A DNA stretch of 60,876 nucleotides, the filler included, from Candidatus Zapsychrus exili (GTDB taxonomy: Bacteria > Omnitrophota > Gorgyraeia > Zapsychrales > Zapsychraceae), in the NCBI GenBank assembly GCA_030765585.1. It is 8 parts of 8 records of this genome, joined end to end, with 100 filler letters (N's around TTAATTAATTAA, not from the genome) between each part and the next. Parts side by side here need not be neighbours in the genome. Positions count along the whole stretch, not along the records: positions 5,197 to 22,955 come from JAVCCJ010000060.1; 7 more parts are not named here. One strand, 5' to 3'. A model generated the notes under the pieces. The model saw nothing but the letters and a program-made list of their open reading frames with translations. It was not told the DNA's origin and did not search any database. Below are positions 10,220-20,051 of the stretch, one piece after another. A program made the translations under genes and the position numbers. The stretch's first letter is position 1. Each line of letters starts with the position of its first letter.

Positions 10220-11147
10220 AAAAAATATTGGAATTACGCTAGGTGACCCAGCAGGTATTGGACCTGAAATAGTGGCAAAAGCCTTATCAATTCCTTCAAT
10301 AAGAAAGCTTGGATCTTTTACAATAATAGGCGATGAGAAAGTATATTCTAAGTACTGCAAGAAAAGCTACAAAAACTGTTCATTTGTAGACACAGAAAGT
10401 ATCTTACCAAAGCAATTTAAAATAGGAGTTGGAACCAAAACAACCGGTAAAGCATCGCTAGATTATCTAAAGAAAGCTGTCGAGCTTATCAAACAAAATA
10501 AAATATCATCCCTAGTTACTGCTCCAATATGTAAAGAAGCTGTCTGCAAAATAGACAAAAATTTTATTGGTCACACCGAATTTTTAGCAAACACATTTAA
10601 AGTGAAAAAATTTGGAATGTTATTCGTATCTGATAAATTAAACATAATAGTTGTTACTCGTCATATTCCATTAAAAAAAGTAAGCAGTTCACTAACAATA
10701 AATAAAGTTTACGATGCAATTGACTTAACCCACCAAGCTTTAACAAAGTTTTTTAGAATAAAAAATCCCATTATAGCAATATGTGGACTCAATCCTCACG
10801 CGGGAGAGGGTGGAAAAATTGGGACAGAAGAGCAGACAATAATAATTCCTGCAATGAAGAAAGCTCTAAGAGAGGCTGAGATTCAAACTCAGGGACCCTT
10901 TGCAGCAGATACGCTTTTTTCTCCAGACACAGGAAACAAGTACGATGTTGTTGTTGCAATGTATCATGATCAAGGATTAATCGCAGCAAAAACAATGTGT
11001 TTTGCCGAACTTGTTAACATGACCGTTGGTCTTGGATTTGTTAGAACCTCACCAGCGCACGGAACAGCCTTTAATATTGCAGGGAAAAACAAGGCAGACT
11101 GTTCATCAATATGTAAAGCAATAAAACTTGCTGCAAAACTTTCCTAA
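10197..11147 (+). CDS. pdxA: 4-hydroxythreonine-4-phosphate dehydrogenase
   Basis: ITLGDPAGIGPE, GHTE, GLNPHAGE, MYHDQG, RTSPAHGTA. Confidence 0.96.
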   Translation: MPTLKLSKKNIGITLGDPAGIGPEIVAKALSIPSIRKLGSFTIIGDEKVYSKYCKKSYKNCSFVDTESILPKQFKIGVGTKTTGKASLDYLKKAVELIKQNKISSLVTAPICKEAVCKIDKNFIGHTEFLANTFKVKKFGMLFVSDKLNIIVVTRHIPLKKVSSSLTINKVYDAIDLTHQALTKFFRIKNPIIAICGLNPHAGEGGKIGTEEQTIIIPAMKKALREAEIQTQGPFAADTLFSPDTGNKYDVVVAMYHDQGLIAAKTMCFAELVNMTVGLGFVRTSPAHGTAFNIAGKNKADCSSICKAIKLAAKLS

Positions 11148-11956
11148 TGAAACATTTTAAATCAAACATCAAAAATAAAATTCCACCCAAAAAAAGTCTA
11201 GGCCAAAACTTTCTTGTAGATAAAAATGCAAAAAGAAAAATAATTTCTGCTTGCAACCTAAAAAGCAATGACATAATTCTTGAAATAGGACCTGGCAAAG
11301 GAGCAATTACAGAAGAAATATCTCCTCTTGTCAAGAAAATATTTGCCATTGAGAAAGACAAAAGGCTACTTAAGGGATTAAACGAAACATTTAAAGATAC
11401 CAATGTATCTATAATAGGCGAGGACATACTGAAATATGATTTTAAATCTTTACCTAACAATATAAAGATTGTCGGAAATCTTCCTTATAATATCGCAACA
11501 CCAATAATCGATAAAGCAATAAAGAATAAAGAAAAATTTAATTCATTTTATATGACTGTGCAACTTGAGTACGGAGAGCGCATGGTCGCAAAACCCAACA
11601 ACAAAAAATACGGACCACTCAGCTGTTTTATTCAATATCATGCAGATGCTAAGATGCTTTTTAAAATAAAAAATACATGCTTTTATCCCAAACCAAAAGT
11701 GCAGTCCTGCTTTTTAAAACTTACCTTCCCTAAAGAAACTCCATTTAAGGCAGAGGATGAGAAACTTTTCTTTGATGTTCTTAAAACAGCCTTTTGCCAA
11801 AGAAGAAAGACCGTGCAAAATTCTCTATCTCCAATACTAGATAAAAAAATCCTATCCAATCTTCTGTCTAAGCTCGCAATAAATCCAAAGCTTAGAGCTG
11901 AAAACTTAAGCATAGAGGATTACATAAGAATTGCAGATACAATAAAAAAGTTATAA
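11147..11956 (+). CDS. rsmA: 16S rRNA m6(2)A1518/1519 dimethyltransferase KsgA
   Basis: KKSLGQNFL, EIGPGKG, GNLPYNI, QRRKT. Confidence 0.97.
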   Translation: MKHFKSNIKNKIPPKKSLGQNFLVDKNAKRKIISACNLKSNDIILEIGPGKGAITEEISPLVKKIFAIEKDKRLLKGLNETFKDTNVSIIGEDILKYDFKSLPNNIKIVGNLPYNIATPIIDKAIKNKEKFNSFYMTVQLEYGERMVAKPNNKKYGPLSCFIQYHADAKMLFKIKNTCFYPKPKVQSCFLKLTFPKETPFKAEDEKLFFDVLKTAFCQRRKTVQNSLSPILDKKILSNLLSKLAINPKLRAENLSIEDYIRIADTIKKL

Positions 11957-11983
11957 AGATAAATTAAGAGGTGGGGCGCTAAT

Positions 11984-12418
11984 TTACTTCCAGCCTTTAT
12001 ACCAATGATTCTCTAGGTCTTCGGGCTTAAGCTCAAAAGCATGATCTAATATTAAGCCTTGTGTCTTAGAACTTGTATTTGAGAAGATAACTCCAAGCTG
12101 ATCTTCTCCGTTAGCTTGCTTGGACCAGCGAACTTCTCCTTCAACCCTAACAGCAACTTCATCAGATAAATAAATAGTCATTTTAATCTTTTGGGGGGAG
12201 GACGGATGCGAACCATCCGCACGCAGGCATGCGCCTGAACAACTCAAATCTTTTGTGTGTCCTTCGTGGATTTCTTCCTCATCTTCTAAGCGATACAAGA
12301 CGCGATTATCAACTTCCCATCGCGGTAAATATCTACCGTCACTATTATTTTGCTCGTAAGTTTTTTCTTCATTCATAGATGTCATTTCTTGCCCTTTCTT
12401 GCCGCTCTTGTAAATCAT
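11984..12418 (-). CDS. stand-alone PilZ-domain c-di-GMP receptor
   Basis: RxxxR (RYLPR) and DxSxxG (DLSCSG) motifs; true start may be a downstream ATG near 12385. Confidence 0.85.
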   Translation of the reverse strand: MIYKSGKKGQEMTSMNEEKTYEQNNSDGRYLPRWEVDNRVLYRLEDEEEIHEGHTKDLSCSGACLRADGSHPSSPQKIKMTIYLSDEVAVRVEGEVRWSKQANGEDQLGVIFSNTSSKTQGLILDHAFELKPEDLENHWYKGWK

Positions 12419-12443
12419 AAAACCACTGTAAGGGAAAATTCGT

Positions 12444-12483
12444 AAAAAAAGCCACTTAAATCTAACTCTAGATTCCGTGGCTT
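12444..12483 (-). promoter_or_regulatory. leader hairpin with U-tract upstream of the PilZ gene (possible attenuator)
   Basis: Minus strand AAGCCAC-GG-AATCTA-GAGT-TAGATT-TAA-GTGGCTT followed by a T run, 25 nt before the ORF. Confidence 0.5.
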
Positions 12484-12595
12484 ATTTTTAAATTAACACA
12501 ATATTGTCTTTGCTGCAAGAAATTTATTAAAAATTATTGTTCACATAAATAAGTATTTGTTTTAAGATATCACTAAAGAAAGAGAGGCAATCGCT

Positions 12596-12976
12596 ATGGA
12601 AAAAAAGATTTACTATCACGACACTGATGCAGGTGGCGTTGTTTACTACGGAACTTACTTAAATTATCTTGAAGAGGATAGAACTGACTTTTTAGAAAAG
12701 AAAGGACTCTCCATAAAAAAGATGCACGAGAATAGTTTCTTTTACGCCGTAAAGAAATGTAGTATAGAGTATAAAAGTCCTGCACGATATGGAGATACTA
12801 TTTATTGCGAAACCAAGCTTATTAAGACCACAGGAGTTAAGCTTATATTTGATCAAAAAATATTTAATAAAGAAACAAAGAACATCATCTTAGAGGCCGA
12901 AATAGTCTTAGTCAGTCTAAACAAGGACTTTAAACCTAAGCCCATTCCTGAGAACTTAAAAATACAACTTCTTTAA
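12596..12976 (+). CDS. YbgC/FadM-family acyl-CoA thioesterase
   Basis: DTDAGGVVYYGTYLNYLE hotdog-fold motif. Confidence 0.9.
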   Translation: MEKKIYYHDTDAGGVVYYGTYLNYLEEDRTDFLEKKGLSIKKMHENSFFYAVKKCSIEYKSPARYGDTIYCETKLIKTTGVKLIFDQKIFNKETKNIILEAEIVLVSLNKDFKPKPIPENLKIQLL

Positions 12977-13060
12977 GTTTGTCTTGTCTTTTTTTTATAT
13001 GAATGTTAACATATTTCCTTAATTAGAAATATTAATACTTATAGGAATAAATATTAGACT

Positions 13061-13345
13061 ATGATATCTAAAGAGAACGTAAAACAAGTTGCTAGCCTAT
13101 CAAGAATTCACTTAAAAGATGAAGAAATAGAATTTTTAGCAAAAGATCTAGAAAAAATTCTTGATTACATCAAAAAGCTTGAAAAACTAGACATATCTTC
13201 AGTGGAGCCCACAAGCCATGCCTTGCCAACAAAGGATGTCTTTAGAGAGGATGTGGTCAAGCCTTCTTTATCTCAAAAGGACGCTTTAAAAATTACGCAA
13301 AACAAAGAAAAAGGGTCATTTAAGGTCCCTAAAATTATAGAATAA
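13061..13345 (+). CDS. gatC: Asp/Glu-tRNA amidotransferase subunit C
   Basis: VKQVASLSRI, REDVV, FKVPKI; first gene of gatCAB. Confidence 0.95.
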   Translation: MISKENVKQVASLSRIHLKDEEIEFLAKDLEKILDYIKKLEKLDISSVEPTSHALPTKDVFREDVVKPSLSQKDALKITQNKEKGSFKVPKIIE

Positions 13346-14775
13346 TGCAATTAAATACTCTGGTCGCACATGAAATCATTGATTTATTAAAAGCAGGCAA
13401 AACGTCTGCAAAAGACGTTTATGACTCTGTTATAGACCAGATAAAAAACAACGAAAAACAAATACACGCATACGCAAGTATATTTAATAACACTGAAATA
13501 GAAGCTGATGCGAGCACTCCAATACCTATTGCCATAAAAGACAATATCTGCATAACAGATAAAGAAACAACATGCAGCTCTAAAATATTAGAAGGCTTTA
13601 AACCACCTTACGATGCAACTGTTATAAAGAAATTACGTGATTCTGGGTCTATATTCGTTGGGCACGCAAACATGGATGAGTTCGCTTTTGGCTCATCAAC
13701 AGAAACATCACATTATGGGCCAACAAGAAACCCATGGAACACAGATTGCGTTGTAGGAGGATCATCTGGCGGGTCAACAGCTGCTGTTGCAGCAGATGAG
13801 GCTATTTGGGCCTTAGGATCTGATACTGGCGGTTCTATTCGTCAGCCAGCTTCATTCTGCGGAGTAGTAGGCTTAAAACCAACCTACGGTCGCGTATCAA
13901 GATATGGATTAATTGCATTTGCATCAAGCCTAGATCAAATAGGACCAATAACAAAAAATGTAACTGACTCTGCAATGTTACTTAACATAATTGCAGGGCA
14001 CGACGAAAACGACTCAACTTCAACCAAATTACCTGTGCCTGACTATACAAAATCTCTAACAGGAGACGTTAAGGGATTAAAAATTGGAATACCAAAAGAA
14101 TATTTTATCGAAGGGCTAGACGATGAAGTTAAAGCTGCTGTACTAGAATCAATTGAAATCTTAAAAAAACGCGGTGCAATATTTAAGGAAATCTCATTGC
14201 CACATACAGAGTACGCCGTTGCAACTTATTATATTGTCGCAACAGCAGAAGCTAGTTCAAACTTAGCTCGCTTTGATGGCGTACAATATGGGTTAAGATG
14301 CATACCTACTAAAAAACGTAAAACATCTATAATTGACCTTTACGAAGAGACCAGAAACGTTGGTTTTGGCAAAGAAGCTAAAAGAAGAATAATGCTTGGA
14401 ACGTACTCATTATCATCAGGATATTATGACGATTATTACCTTCGAGGCCTTAAGGTACGTACTTTAATTAAGAATGACTTTGATCGTGCGTTTAAAGAGT
14501 TTGACGCAATAATAACGCCTACATCTCCTACAACAGCTTTTAAGATAGGCGAGCGACTAGAGAATCCAATATCAATGTATTTGTCTGATGTTTTTACAAT
14601 ATCAGCTAATCTTAGCGGAATACCAGCAATATCTGTTCCTTGTGGCTTTTCTAAAAACAATCTTCCAATAGGACTTCAAGTTATGGCAAAACCATTTGAT
14701 GAAGAAATGCTTTTTAGAATTTCACACACATTTGAACAAAATACAGATTGGCACAAAAGAAGAGCTATAAAATGA
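13345..14775 (+). CDS. gatA: Asp/Glu-tRNA amidotransferase subunit A
   Basis: Amidase signature GGSSGGS and GSDTGGSIRQPA; SSNLARFDG. Confidence 0.97.
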   Translation: MQLNTLVAHEIIDLLKAGKTSAKDVYDSVIDQIKNNEKQIHAYASIFNNTEIEADASTPIPIAIKDNICITDKETTCSSKILEGFKPPYDATVIKKLRDSGSIFVGHANMDEFAFGSSTETSHYGPTRNPWNTDCVVGGSSGGSTAAVAADEAIWALGSDTGGSIRQPASFCGVVGLKPTYGRVSRYGLIAFASSLDQIGPITKNVTDSAMLLNIIAGHDENDSTSTKLPVPDYTKSLTGDVKGLKIGIPKEYFIEGLDDEVKAAVLESIEILKKRGAIFKEISLPHTEYAVATYYIVATAEASSNLARFDGVQYGLRCIPTKKRKTSIIDLYEETRNVGFGKEAKRRIMLGTYSLSSGYYDDYYLRGLKVRTLIKNDFDRAFKEFDAIITPTSPTTAFKIGERLENPISMYLSDVFTISANLSGIPAISVPCGFSKNNLPIGLQVMAKPFDEEMLFRISHTFEQNTDWHKRRAIK

Positions 14776-16205
14776 AAGAATTTGAAACAGTTATAGGGTT
14801 AGAGGTTCATCTGCAGCTTAGCACAAAAACAAAAATATTTTGTGGCTGCAAAAATGACTTTGGATATGATCCGAACACGCTAACATGTCCCGTCTGTTTA
14901 GGTCTGCCAGGATCTCTTCCTGTGTTCAACAAAAAGGTTCTAACATACGGAATTAAAGCAGGGCTTGCTCTAAATTGCACAATCAGCTCAACAATAAAAT
15001 TCGATAGAAAAAATTATTACTATCCAGATCTTCCCAAGGCTTATCAAATATCTCAATTCGATATGCCAATTGCAAAAGATGGCTACATAATGATCACAAA
15101 AGAAGATGGCAATGATAAGAAAATTAGAATACATCGTGCTCACTTAGAAGAAGATGCAGGAAAACTAACTCATGACACAGAATCAAGCAGCAGTCTTGTT
15201 GATTACAACAGAACTGGTACGCCTCTTTTAGAAATTGTAACAGAGCCTGATATGAGCTCTCCACAAGAAGCATACGACTATCTTCAAGCATTAAAACTAA
15301 ACCTACAATATTTAGACGTGTCTGACTGCGATATGGAAAAAGGAAGTCTACGTTGCGATGCAAATATATCTATACGAGAAAAGGGCGAGACAAAGCTAGG
15401 AACAAAAGCAGAACTTAAAAATATGAACTCATTTAAAGCAATTAAAACAGCTCTTGAATATGAGGTTAAAAGACAACAAGAAGTGGTCGAAAGTGGATCT
15501 GCTGTAATACAAGAAACGCGTCTTTGGGATGAAAACAAGAATGTAACAATATCAATGCGAAGCAAAGAAGAGGCTCATGACTATCGCTATTTCCCAGAAC
15601 CAGATCTTGTTCCTTTTACTGTCTCAAAAGACACAATTGATGATATAAAAAAGACACTACCAGAACTTCCAGCACAGAAGCTTGAAAGACTGTCTAAAGA
15701 ATATGACCTTTCAGATTATAACGCAAAAATTATTGTCTCAGACAAGTCTCTAGCGCTATTCTTTGAAGAATGCGCTAAACTTTATAAAGATACCAAAAAA
15801 ATATGTAACTGGATTAATGGTTCAATACTTTCCGAATTAAACAATAGGAAAGAAACAATAAGCAATTTAAATCTAAGTTCTAAGAATTTAGTAGACCTTA
15901 TAAAAAAGGTTGATGGTGGTATTTTAAGCAACTTAATTGCAAAAGATGTTTTAGGCATAATGCTTGATACAGGCAAAAATGCAACTTCTGTAGTCGAGGA
16001 AAAAGGACTTGCTCAAGTGTCAGATGATAGCGAGCTTGAGAAAATAGTTGATGAACTAATCAAGGAAAATGAAAATGTCGCAAATCAAATAAAAGAAGGA
16101 AAAGAGTCGGCCATAGGATTTTTAGTAGGGCAGGCTATGAAAAAAACAAAAGGTAAAGCTAATCCAAAAAAGATTGGCGAAATAATAAAAAGGACTCTTT
16201 CTTAA
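14772..16205 (+). CDS. gatB: Asp/Glu-tRNA amidotransferase subunit B
   Basis: VIGLEVHLQL, FDRKNYYYPDLPK, HLEEDAGK, DYRYFPEPDL; ATG 14772 overlaps the gatA stop. Confidence 0.97.
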   Translation: MKEFETVIGLEVHLQLSTKTKIFCGCKNDFGYDPNTLTCPVCLGLPGSLPVFNKKVLTYGIKAGLALNCTISSTIKFDRKNYYYPDLPKAYQISQFDMPIAKDGYIMITKEDGNDKKIRIHRAHLEEDAGKLTHDTESSSSLVDYNRTGTPLLEIVTEPDMSSPQEAYDYLQALKLNLQYLDVSDCDMEKGSLRCDANISIREKGETKLGTKAELKNMNSFKAIKTALEYEVKRQQEVVESGSAVIQETRLWDENKNVTISMRSKEEAHDYRYFPEPDLVPFTVSKDTIDDIKKTLPELPAQKLERLSKEYDLSDYNAKIIVSDKSLALFFEECAKLYKDTKKICNWINGSILSELNNRKETISNLNLSSKNLVDLIKKVDGGILSNLIAKDVLGIMLDTGKNATSVVEEKGLAQVSDDSELEKIVDELIKENENVANQIKEGKESAIGFLVGQAMKKTKGKANPKKIGEIIKRTLS

Positions 16206-16226
16206 TTAAACTGGAAAAGAAAGAGT

Positions 16227-16311
16227 CCGATTACACCAATTTAAAAAAATGATTACACGGATTAAATTTATTCTTTAATCTGTGCAATCCGTTTTTAATC
16301 TGCGCAATCGG
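16227..16311. repeat. intergenic palindromic element (GATTACAC / AATCTGYGCAATC units)
   Basis: Two GATTACAC units followed by two inverted AATCTG(T/C)GCAATC units between gatB and ctpA. Confidence 0.55.
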
Positions 16312-16361
16312 GGTTATTTTTTAAAAATTAAAAAAATAACCCATAAAAAGGAGACTCTCAA

Positions 16362-17747
16362 ATGATTAAGAAATTCTTTGCCGTATTCACAGTCCTTACG
16401 CTTCTTTCAATATCAACCTATTCTTATAGCGAAGCTGAAAAAGATATAAAGGACGATCTTTATTCTCAGATCGAACTTTTTAGTTATTCGCTTACAACAA
16501 TTCAATCCGATTATGTTGAGAAATTATCTCCTCAAGAACTTATCTATGGGTCTCTAAAAGGTATGCTTTCTTCGCTAGATCCGCATAGTCAATTTCTTAA
16601 ACCAGAAGAATACATTGATCTAAAAACAGAAACGCAAGGTAAATTTGGCGGACTAGGAATTGAAATATCTGTTCGCGACGGTCTTCTTACTGTTATAACT
16701 CCGATAGAAGACACTCCAGCATGGGATGCAGGTCTTAAGCCTGGTGACAGAATAGTCAAAATAGAAGACGAACTAACAAAGAATATAACTCTAAGCGAGG
16801 CGGTCAAAAAACTACGCGGAGATCCAGGCACAGAAGTAAATATAACTGTCTTAAGAGAAAAGCCCTTTGAACTTCTAGAAATTTCTATAATTCGCGAAAT
16901 TATACATATTCAAGATGTTAAAAATACACAAATACTTAAAGATGGCGTCGGATATATTCGTCTAGTAGAGTTTAGAGAAGATTCTGCAAAAGAATTCAGA
17001 AAAGCATTAGATGAACTTAAAGAAGCTGGAGCCGATAGTCTTATACTCGATCTTAGAAACAATCCTGGAGGACTATTAAACGTTGCTATAAAAATTACAG
17101 AAGAGTTCGTGCCAGAAGGGCAAACCATTGTATCGACAAAAGGACGAAGGCTATCTCAAAATACTTTAACCATATCAACAAATAAAAATCATTTAATTGA
17201 TTGGCCAATAGTAGTCTTGATTAACGCTGGTAGCGCTTCAGGTAGTGAAATTTTAGCAGGTGCATTGAAAGACAATAAACTTGCTGTAATAGTTGGAACC
17301 AAATCATTTGGTAAAGGCTCTGTTCAATCAGTCATTCCTTTACCTGATGGATCAGGCTTAAGATTGACAACTAGCAAATACTTTACTCCATCAGGAGAAT
17401 CAATTCATGAAAAAGGAATAGAGCCTGATATCGTCGTAGAACCTGCTGTTATTGCAAAGGATGAAAAAACCGAAAACGAGAAAAAAGTTGAAGCTATATT
17501 CGATGACATAGAAAATAAGAATAAAGAAGAAGAAGAAGAAGCGGAAGCGGAAGAAGCAGAAGAAACAGAAGAAGACATCTCAAAGAAAGCAGCAGAAATA
17601 AAAGAATTGCTTCTAGGAGACAATCAAATTCAAACAGCTATTAACATCTTAAAAGGTCTTAAAGTTTTTAAAGGATTGGACTCCGATGAAATAATTAAAG
17701 AAGATGTAAAAATAGAAGAAGAAATTGCAGAAGAAACAGTAAAATAA
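16362..17747 (+). CDS. ctpA: C-terminal processing peptidase, S41 family
   Basis: LDPHS, PDZ GGLGI, DLRNNPGG, SASGSEI, SFGKGSVQ; acidic C-terminal tail. Confidence 0.93.
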   Translation: MIKKFFAVFTVLTLLSISTYSYSEAEKDIKDDLYSQIELFSYSLTTIQSDYVEKLSPQELIYGSLKGMLSSLDPHSQFLKPEEYIDLKTETQGKFGGLGIEISVRDGLLTVITPIEDTPAWDAGLKPGDRIVKIEDELTKNITLSEAVKKLRGDPGTEVNITVLREKPFELLEISIIREIIHIQDVKNTQILKDGVGYIRLVEFREDSAKEFRKALDELKEAGADSLILDLRNNPGGLLNVAIKITEEFVPEGQTIVSTKGRRLSQNTLTISTNKNHLIDWPIVVLINAGSASGSEILAGALKDNKLAVIVGTKSFGKGSVQSVIPLPDGSGLRLTTSKYFTPSGESIHEKGIEPDIVVEPAVIAKDEKTENEKKVEAIFDDIENKNKEEEEEAEAEEAEETEEDISKKAAEIKELLLGDNQIQTAINILKGLKVFKGLDSDEIIKEDVKIEEEIAEETVK

Positions 17748-18718
17748 TGAATGTTTTAGGAATTGAAACATCTTGCGATGAGACATCTGCTGCCATTGTT
17801 GTAAATGGTAGCAAAGTTCTTTCTAATGTTATCAAATCAAGCCTCAAAGAACATAGCAAATACGGAGGTGTAATTCCTGAAATTGCGTCTAGAAGACATC
17901 TTGCGTGTATAAACTCAATAGTAAAAAAAGCACTGAAAGATTCAAATCTTAAAATAAAAGACATCGACGCTATAGCTGTTACAAAATCTCCGGGATTAAT
18001 TGGATCTTTATTGGTTGGAACATCATTTGCTAACGCCATAAGTTTTGCTCTAAATAAGCCTTTAATTGATGTAGACCATATAAAAGCTCATTTGCATGCT
18101 AATTTTTTGTTCTCTGATAAGAAAAACTTCAAAAAACCGTCACTACCAGCTGTTGGATTGATAGTCTCGGGTGGACACACCAGCTTATATAAAATCTCAG
18201 CTTTAGATAAATTTAAATTGCTAGGACAAACCTTAGATGATGCTGCAGGAGAGGCATTTGATAAAGTAGCAAGAATATTAGAATTAAGCTATCCCGGTGG
18301 TCCAATTATTGATAAACTTGCAAAAACAGTTAAAAAAACAAAAATAAAATTTAACTGCGCAAAACTTAGCAATACATTAAATTTCAGCTTCAGCGGAATA
18401 AAAACAGCTGTGCTTTATTACAAGCAAAAAAATAAAAAAGCATTAATATCTGAAGTTGCATTTGCTTTTCAAGAAAGTGTAGTATCAGTGCTAACTAGCA
18501 AATGCTTATCAGCCTGTAAAGAACTTAAAACAAAAACCCTTCTTGTGGGAGGCGGCGTTGCAGCAAACTCGCGACTTAGAAATAAGTTGACTGAGGAATG
18601 TAAAAAAAATAATATTAAAGTATATTTTCCTCCGCTTTCATTGTGCGCAGATAATGCTGCTATGATTGCTGGTCTAGGATATCATCTATTTAAGAAAGGA
18701 AAAAAAAATGCCAGATAG
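17747..18718 (+). CDS. tsaD: tRNA N6-adenosine threonylcarbamoyltransferase
   Basis: LGIETSCDET, GGVIPEIASRRH, HIKAH, SGGHT, DDAAGEAFDK, DNAAMI. Confidence 0.97.
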   Translation: MNVLGIETSCDETSAAIVVNGSKVLSNVIKSSLKEHSKYGGVIPEIASRRHLACINSIVKKALKDSNLKIKDIDAIAVTKSPGLIGSLLVGTSFANAISFALNKPLIDVDHIKAHLHANFLFSDKKNFKKPSLPAVGLIVSGGHTSLYKISALDKFKLLGQTLDDAAGEAFDKVARILELSYPGGPIIDKLAKTVKKTKIKFNCAKLSNTLNFSFSGIKTAVLYYKQKNKKALISEVAFAFQESVVSVLTSKCLSACKELKTKTLLVGGGVAANSRLRNKLTEECKKNNIKVYFPPLSLCADNAAMIAGLGYHLFKKGKKNAR

Positions 18719-19160
18719 CTTACTTACTTTATTATTTAAAATAATCTTATCAGTTGTTCTAAGTAGCATAATAGGAGCCGAAAGACAAACAAGATCTAAA
18801 GGAGCTGGTCTTCGTACACATATTCTGGTATGTGTTGGATCCACTCTAATAGTATTGACCTCGCTACACCTTTTTGATACGTACAAAGATATTACTACTG
18901 TTGATCCTACTCGAATGATAACGGGAGTGGTTACAGGTATAGGTTTTTTATGCGCTGGAACAATTATTCGCGCAGGTTCATCAGTAATGGGGCTTACAAC
19001 AGCTGCGACCTTATGGATAGTTTCTTGCCTCGGTATAAGTGTAGGAGCAGGACATTATGCTGCAGCATTACTAGTTACACTTGTTGTATTTTTTGTTCTT
19101 GTAGGCATGCGATCTATAGATAGAAAATTAAACAATGGAAAGAAAAAACAAGAATTATAA
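18708..19160 (+). CDS. MgtC/SapB family protein
   Basis: GAERQ..AGLRTH, GIGFLCAG, GLTTAATLW. Confidence 0.92.
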   Translation: MPDSLLTLLFKIILSVVLSSIIGAERQTRSKGAGLRTHILVCVGSTLIVLTSLHLFDTYKDITTVDPTRMITGVVTGIGFLCAGTIIRAGSSVMGLTTAATLWIVSCLGISVGAGHYAAALLVTLVVFFVLVGMRSIDRKLNNGKKKQEL

Positions 19161-19188
19161 AAATTTTAAAAATTAAGGGGACACAGCA

Positions 19189-19716
19189 ATGGCTTTGAGA
19201 AATAAAAAAAACAAAGAAATAGAGAGCGAAAGAGATCGAGCTATAGAAATTAGTGCTCAAATGCAAGGGAATCTTACATTTAAAGATCCTGTCAATTTAA
19301 AGATTAATGGCAATTTTCAAGGAAACCTTGAAACAAAAGGAACATTAACTGTTGGAACAAAAGCAAAAATAGAAGCAAATATTAATGGCGATAATATAGT
19401 TATAGCAGGAAAAGTTAATGGAGACATTGTGGCTAATAAAATGCTTGTTCTTATGCCAACTGCTATGCTTAACGGAAACATATCTACTTCGAAACTCAAT
19501 ATAGTTGAAGGCGCAATATTCCAAGGAAGCTGTAAGATGAAAATGGCAGGTAATCTATTAGATATAAAAGAAGTCTCTTCATATCTTGAAATTGACGTAA
19601 GAGAAATTGAGAAAATGGCTAATTCAGGAGAAATACCGGGACAAAAAAGCGGAGAAGCTTGGAAGTTTGAGAAAATACAAATAGATAATTGGGCAGCATC
19701 TGGACAAGTAGAATAG
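19189..19716 (+). CDS. bactofilin (polymer-forming cytoskeletal) domain fused to an excisionase-like HTH
   Basis: Beta-helix repeats (LKINGNFQG, IVIAGKVNGDI, LNIVEGAIFQG) followed by LLDIKEVSSYL..GEIPG.K.GEAWKF. Confidence 0.85.
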   Translation: MALRNKKNKEIESERDRAIEISAQMQGNLTFKDPVNLKINGNFQGNLETKGTLTVGTKAKIEANINGDNIVIAGKVNGDIVANKMLVLMPTAMLNGNISTSKLNIVEGAIFQGSCKMKMAGNLLDIKEVSSYLEIDVREIEKMANSGEIPGQKSGEAWKFEKIQIDNWAASGQVE

Positions 19717-19741
19717 AATAACAAGCAAAGGGGCTAGAAAA

Positions 19742-20044
19742 ATGTCAACAGCACAATTTATATCAGTTCGCGAAACAGCGCAAATTTTATCCATTTCTGA
19801 GAAAAAAGTTATGGATTTAATTGAACAAAGAAAACTGCAAGCATATAGAATAGCTAATAAATTCTTAAGACTAAAGAAGAGTGAGGTAATAGATATCAGA
19901 AATAGCGGGGACATTGTTCAAGAAAATAATCAACATCCCTACACAACAGCAGAACGTGTCAAAGACTTCTTTTATTACAACGACTTTTATATATTTACTG
20001 CTGCCATAATCATCTTTCTTTTATATATAATCTTCTACACTTAA
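19742..20044 (+). CDS. excisionase-like HTH protein with C-terminal TM helix
   Basis: ISVRETAQIL..KLQAYRIANKFLRL; hydrophobic C-terminus. Confidence 0.75.
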   Translation: MSTAQFISVRETAQILSISEKKVMDLIEQRKLQAYRIANKFLRLKKSEVIDIRNSGDIVQENNQHPYTTAERVKDFFYYNDFYIFTAAIIIFLLYIIFYT

Positions 20045-20051
20045 AAATATT

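Noticed and set aside
12419..12500. c-di-GMP riboswitch upstream of the PilZ gene
   Set aside because: No recognisable class I or II aptamer consensus; only a hairpin with a U-tract is supported
17524..17575. GAA-rich low-complexity tract
   Set aside because: Encodes the Glu-rich linker of the S41 peptidase; no sign of a separate element
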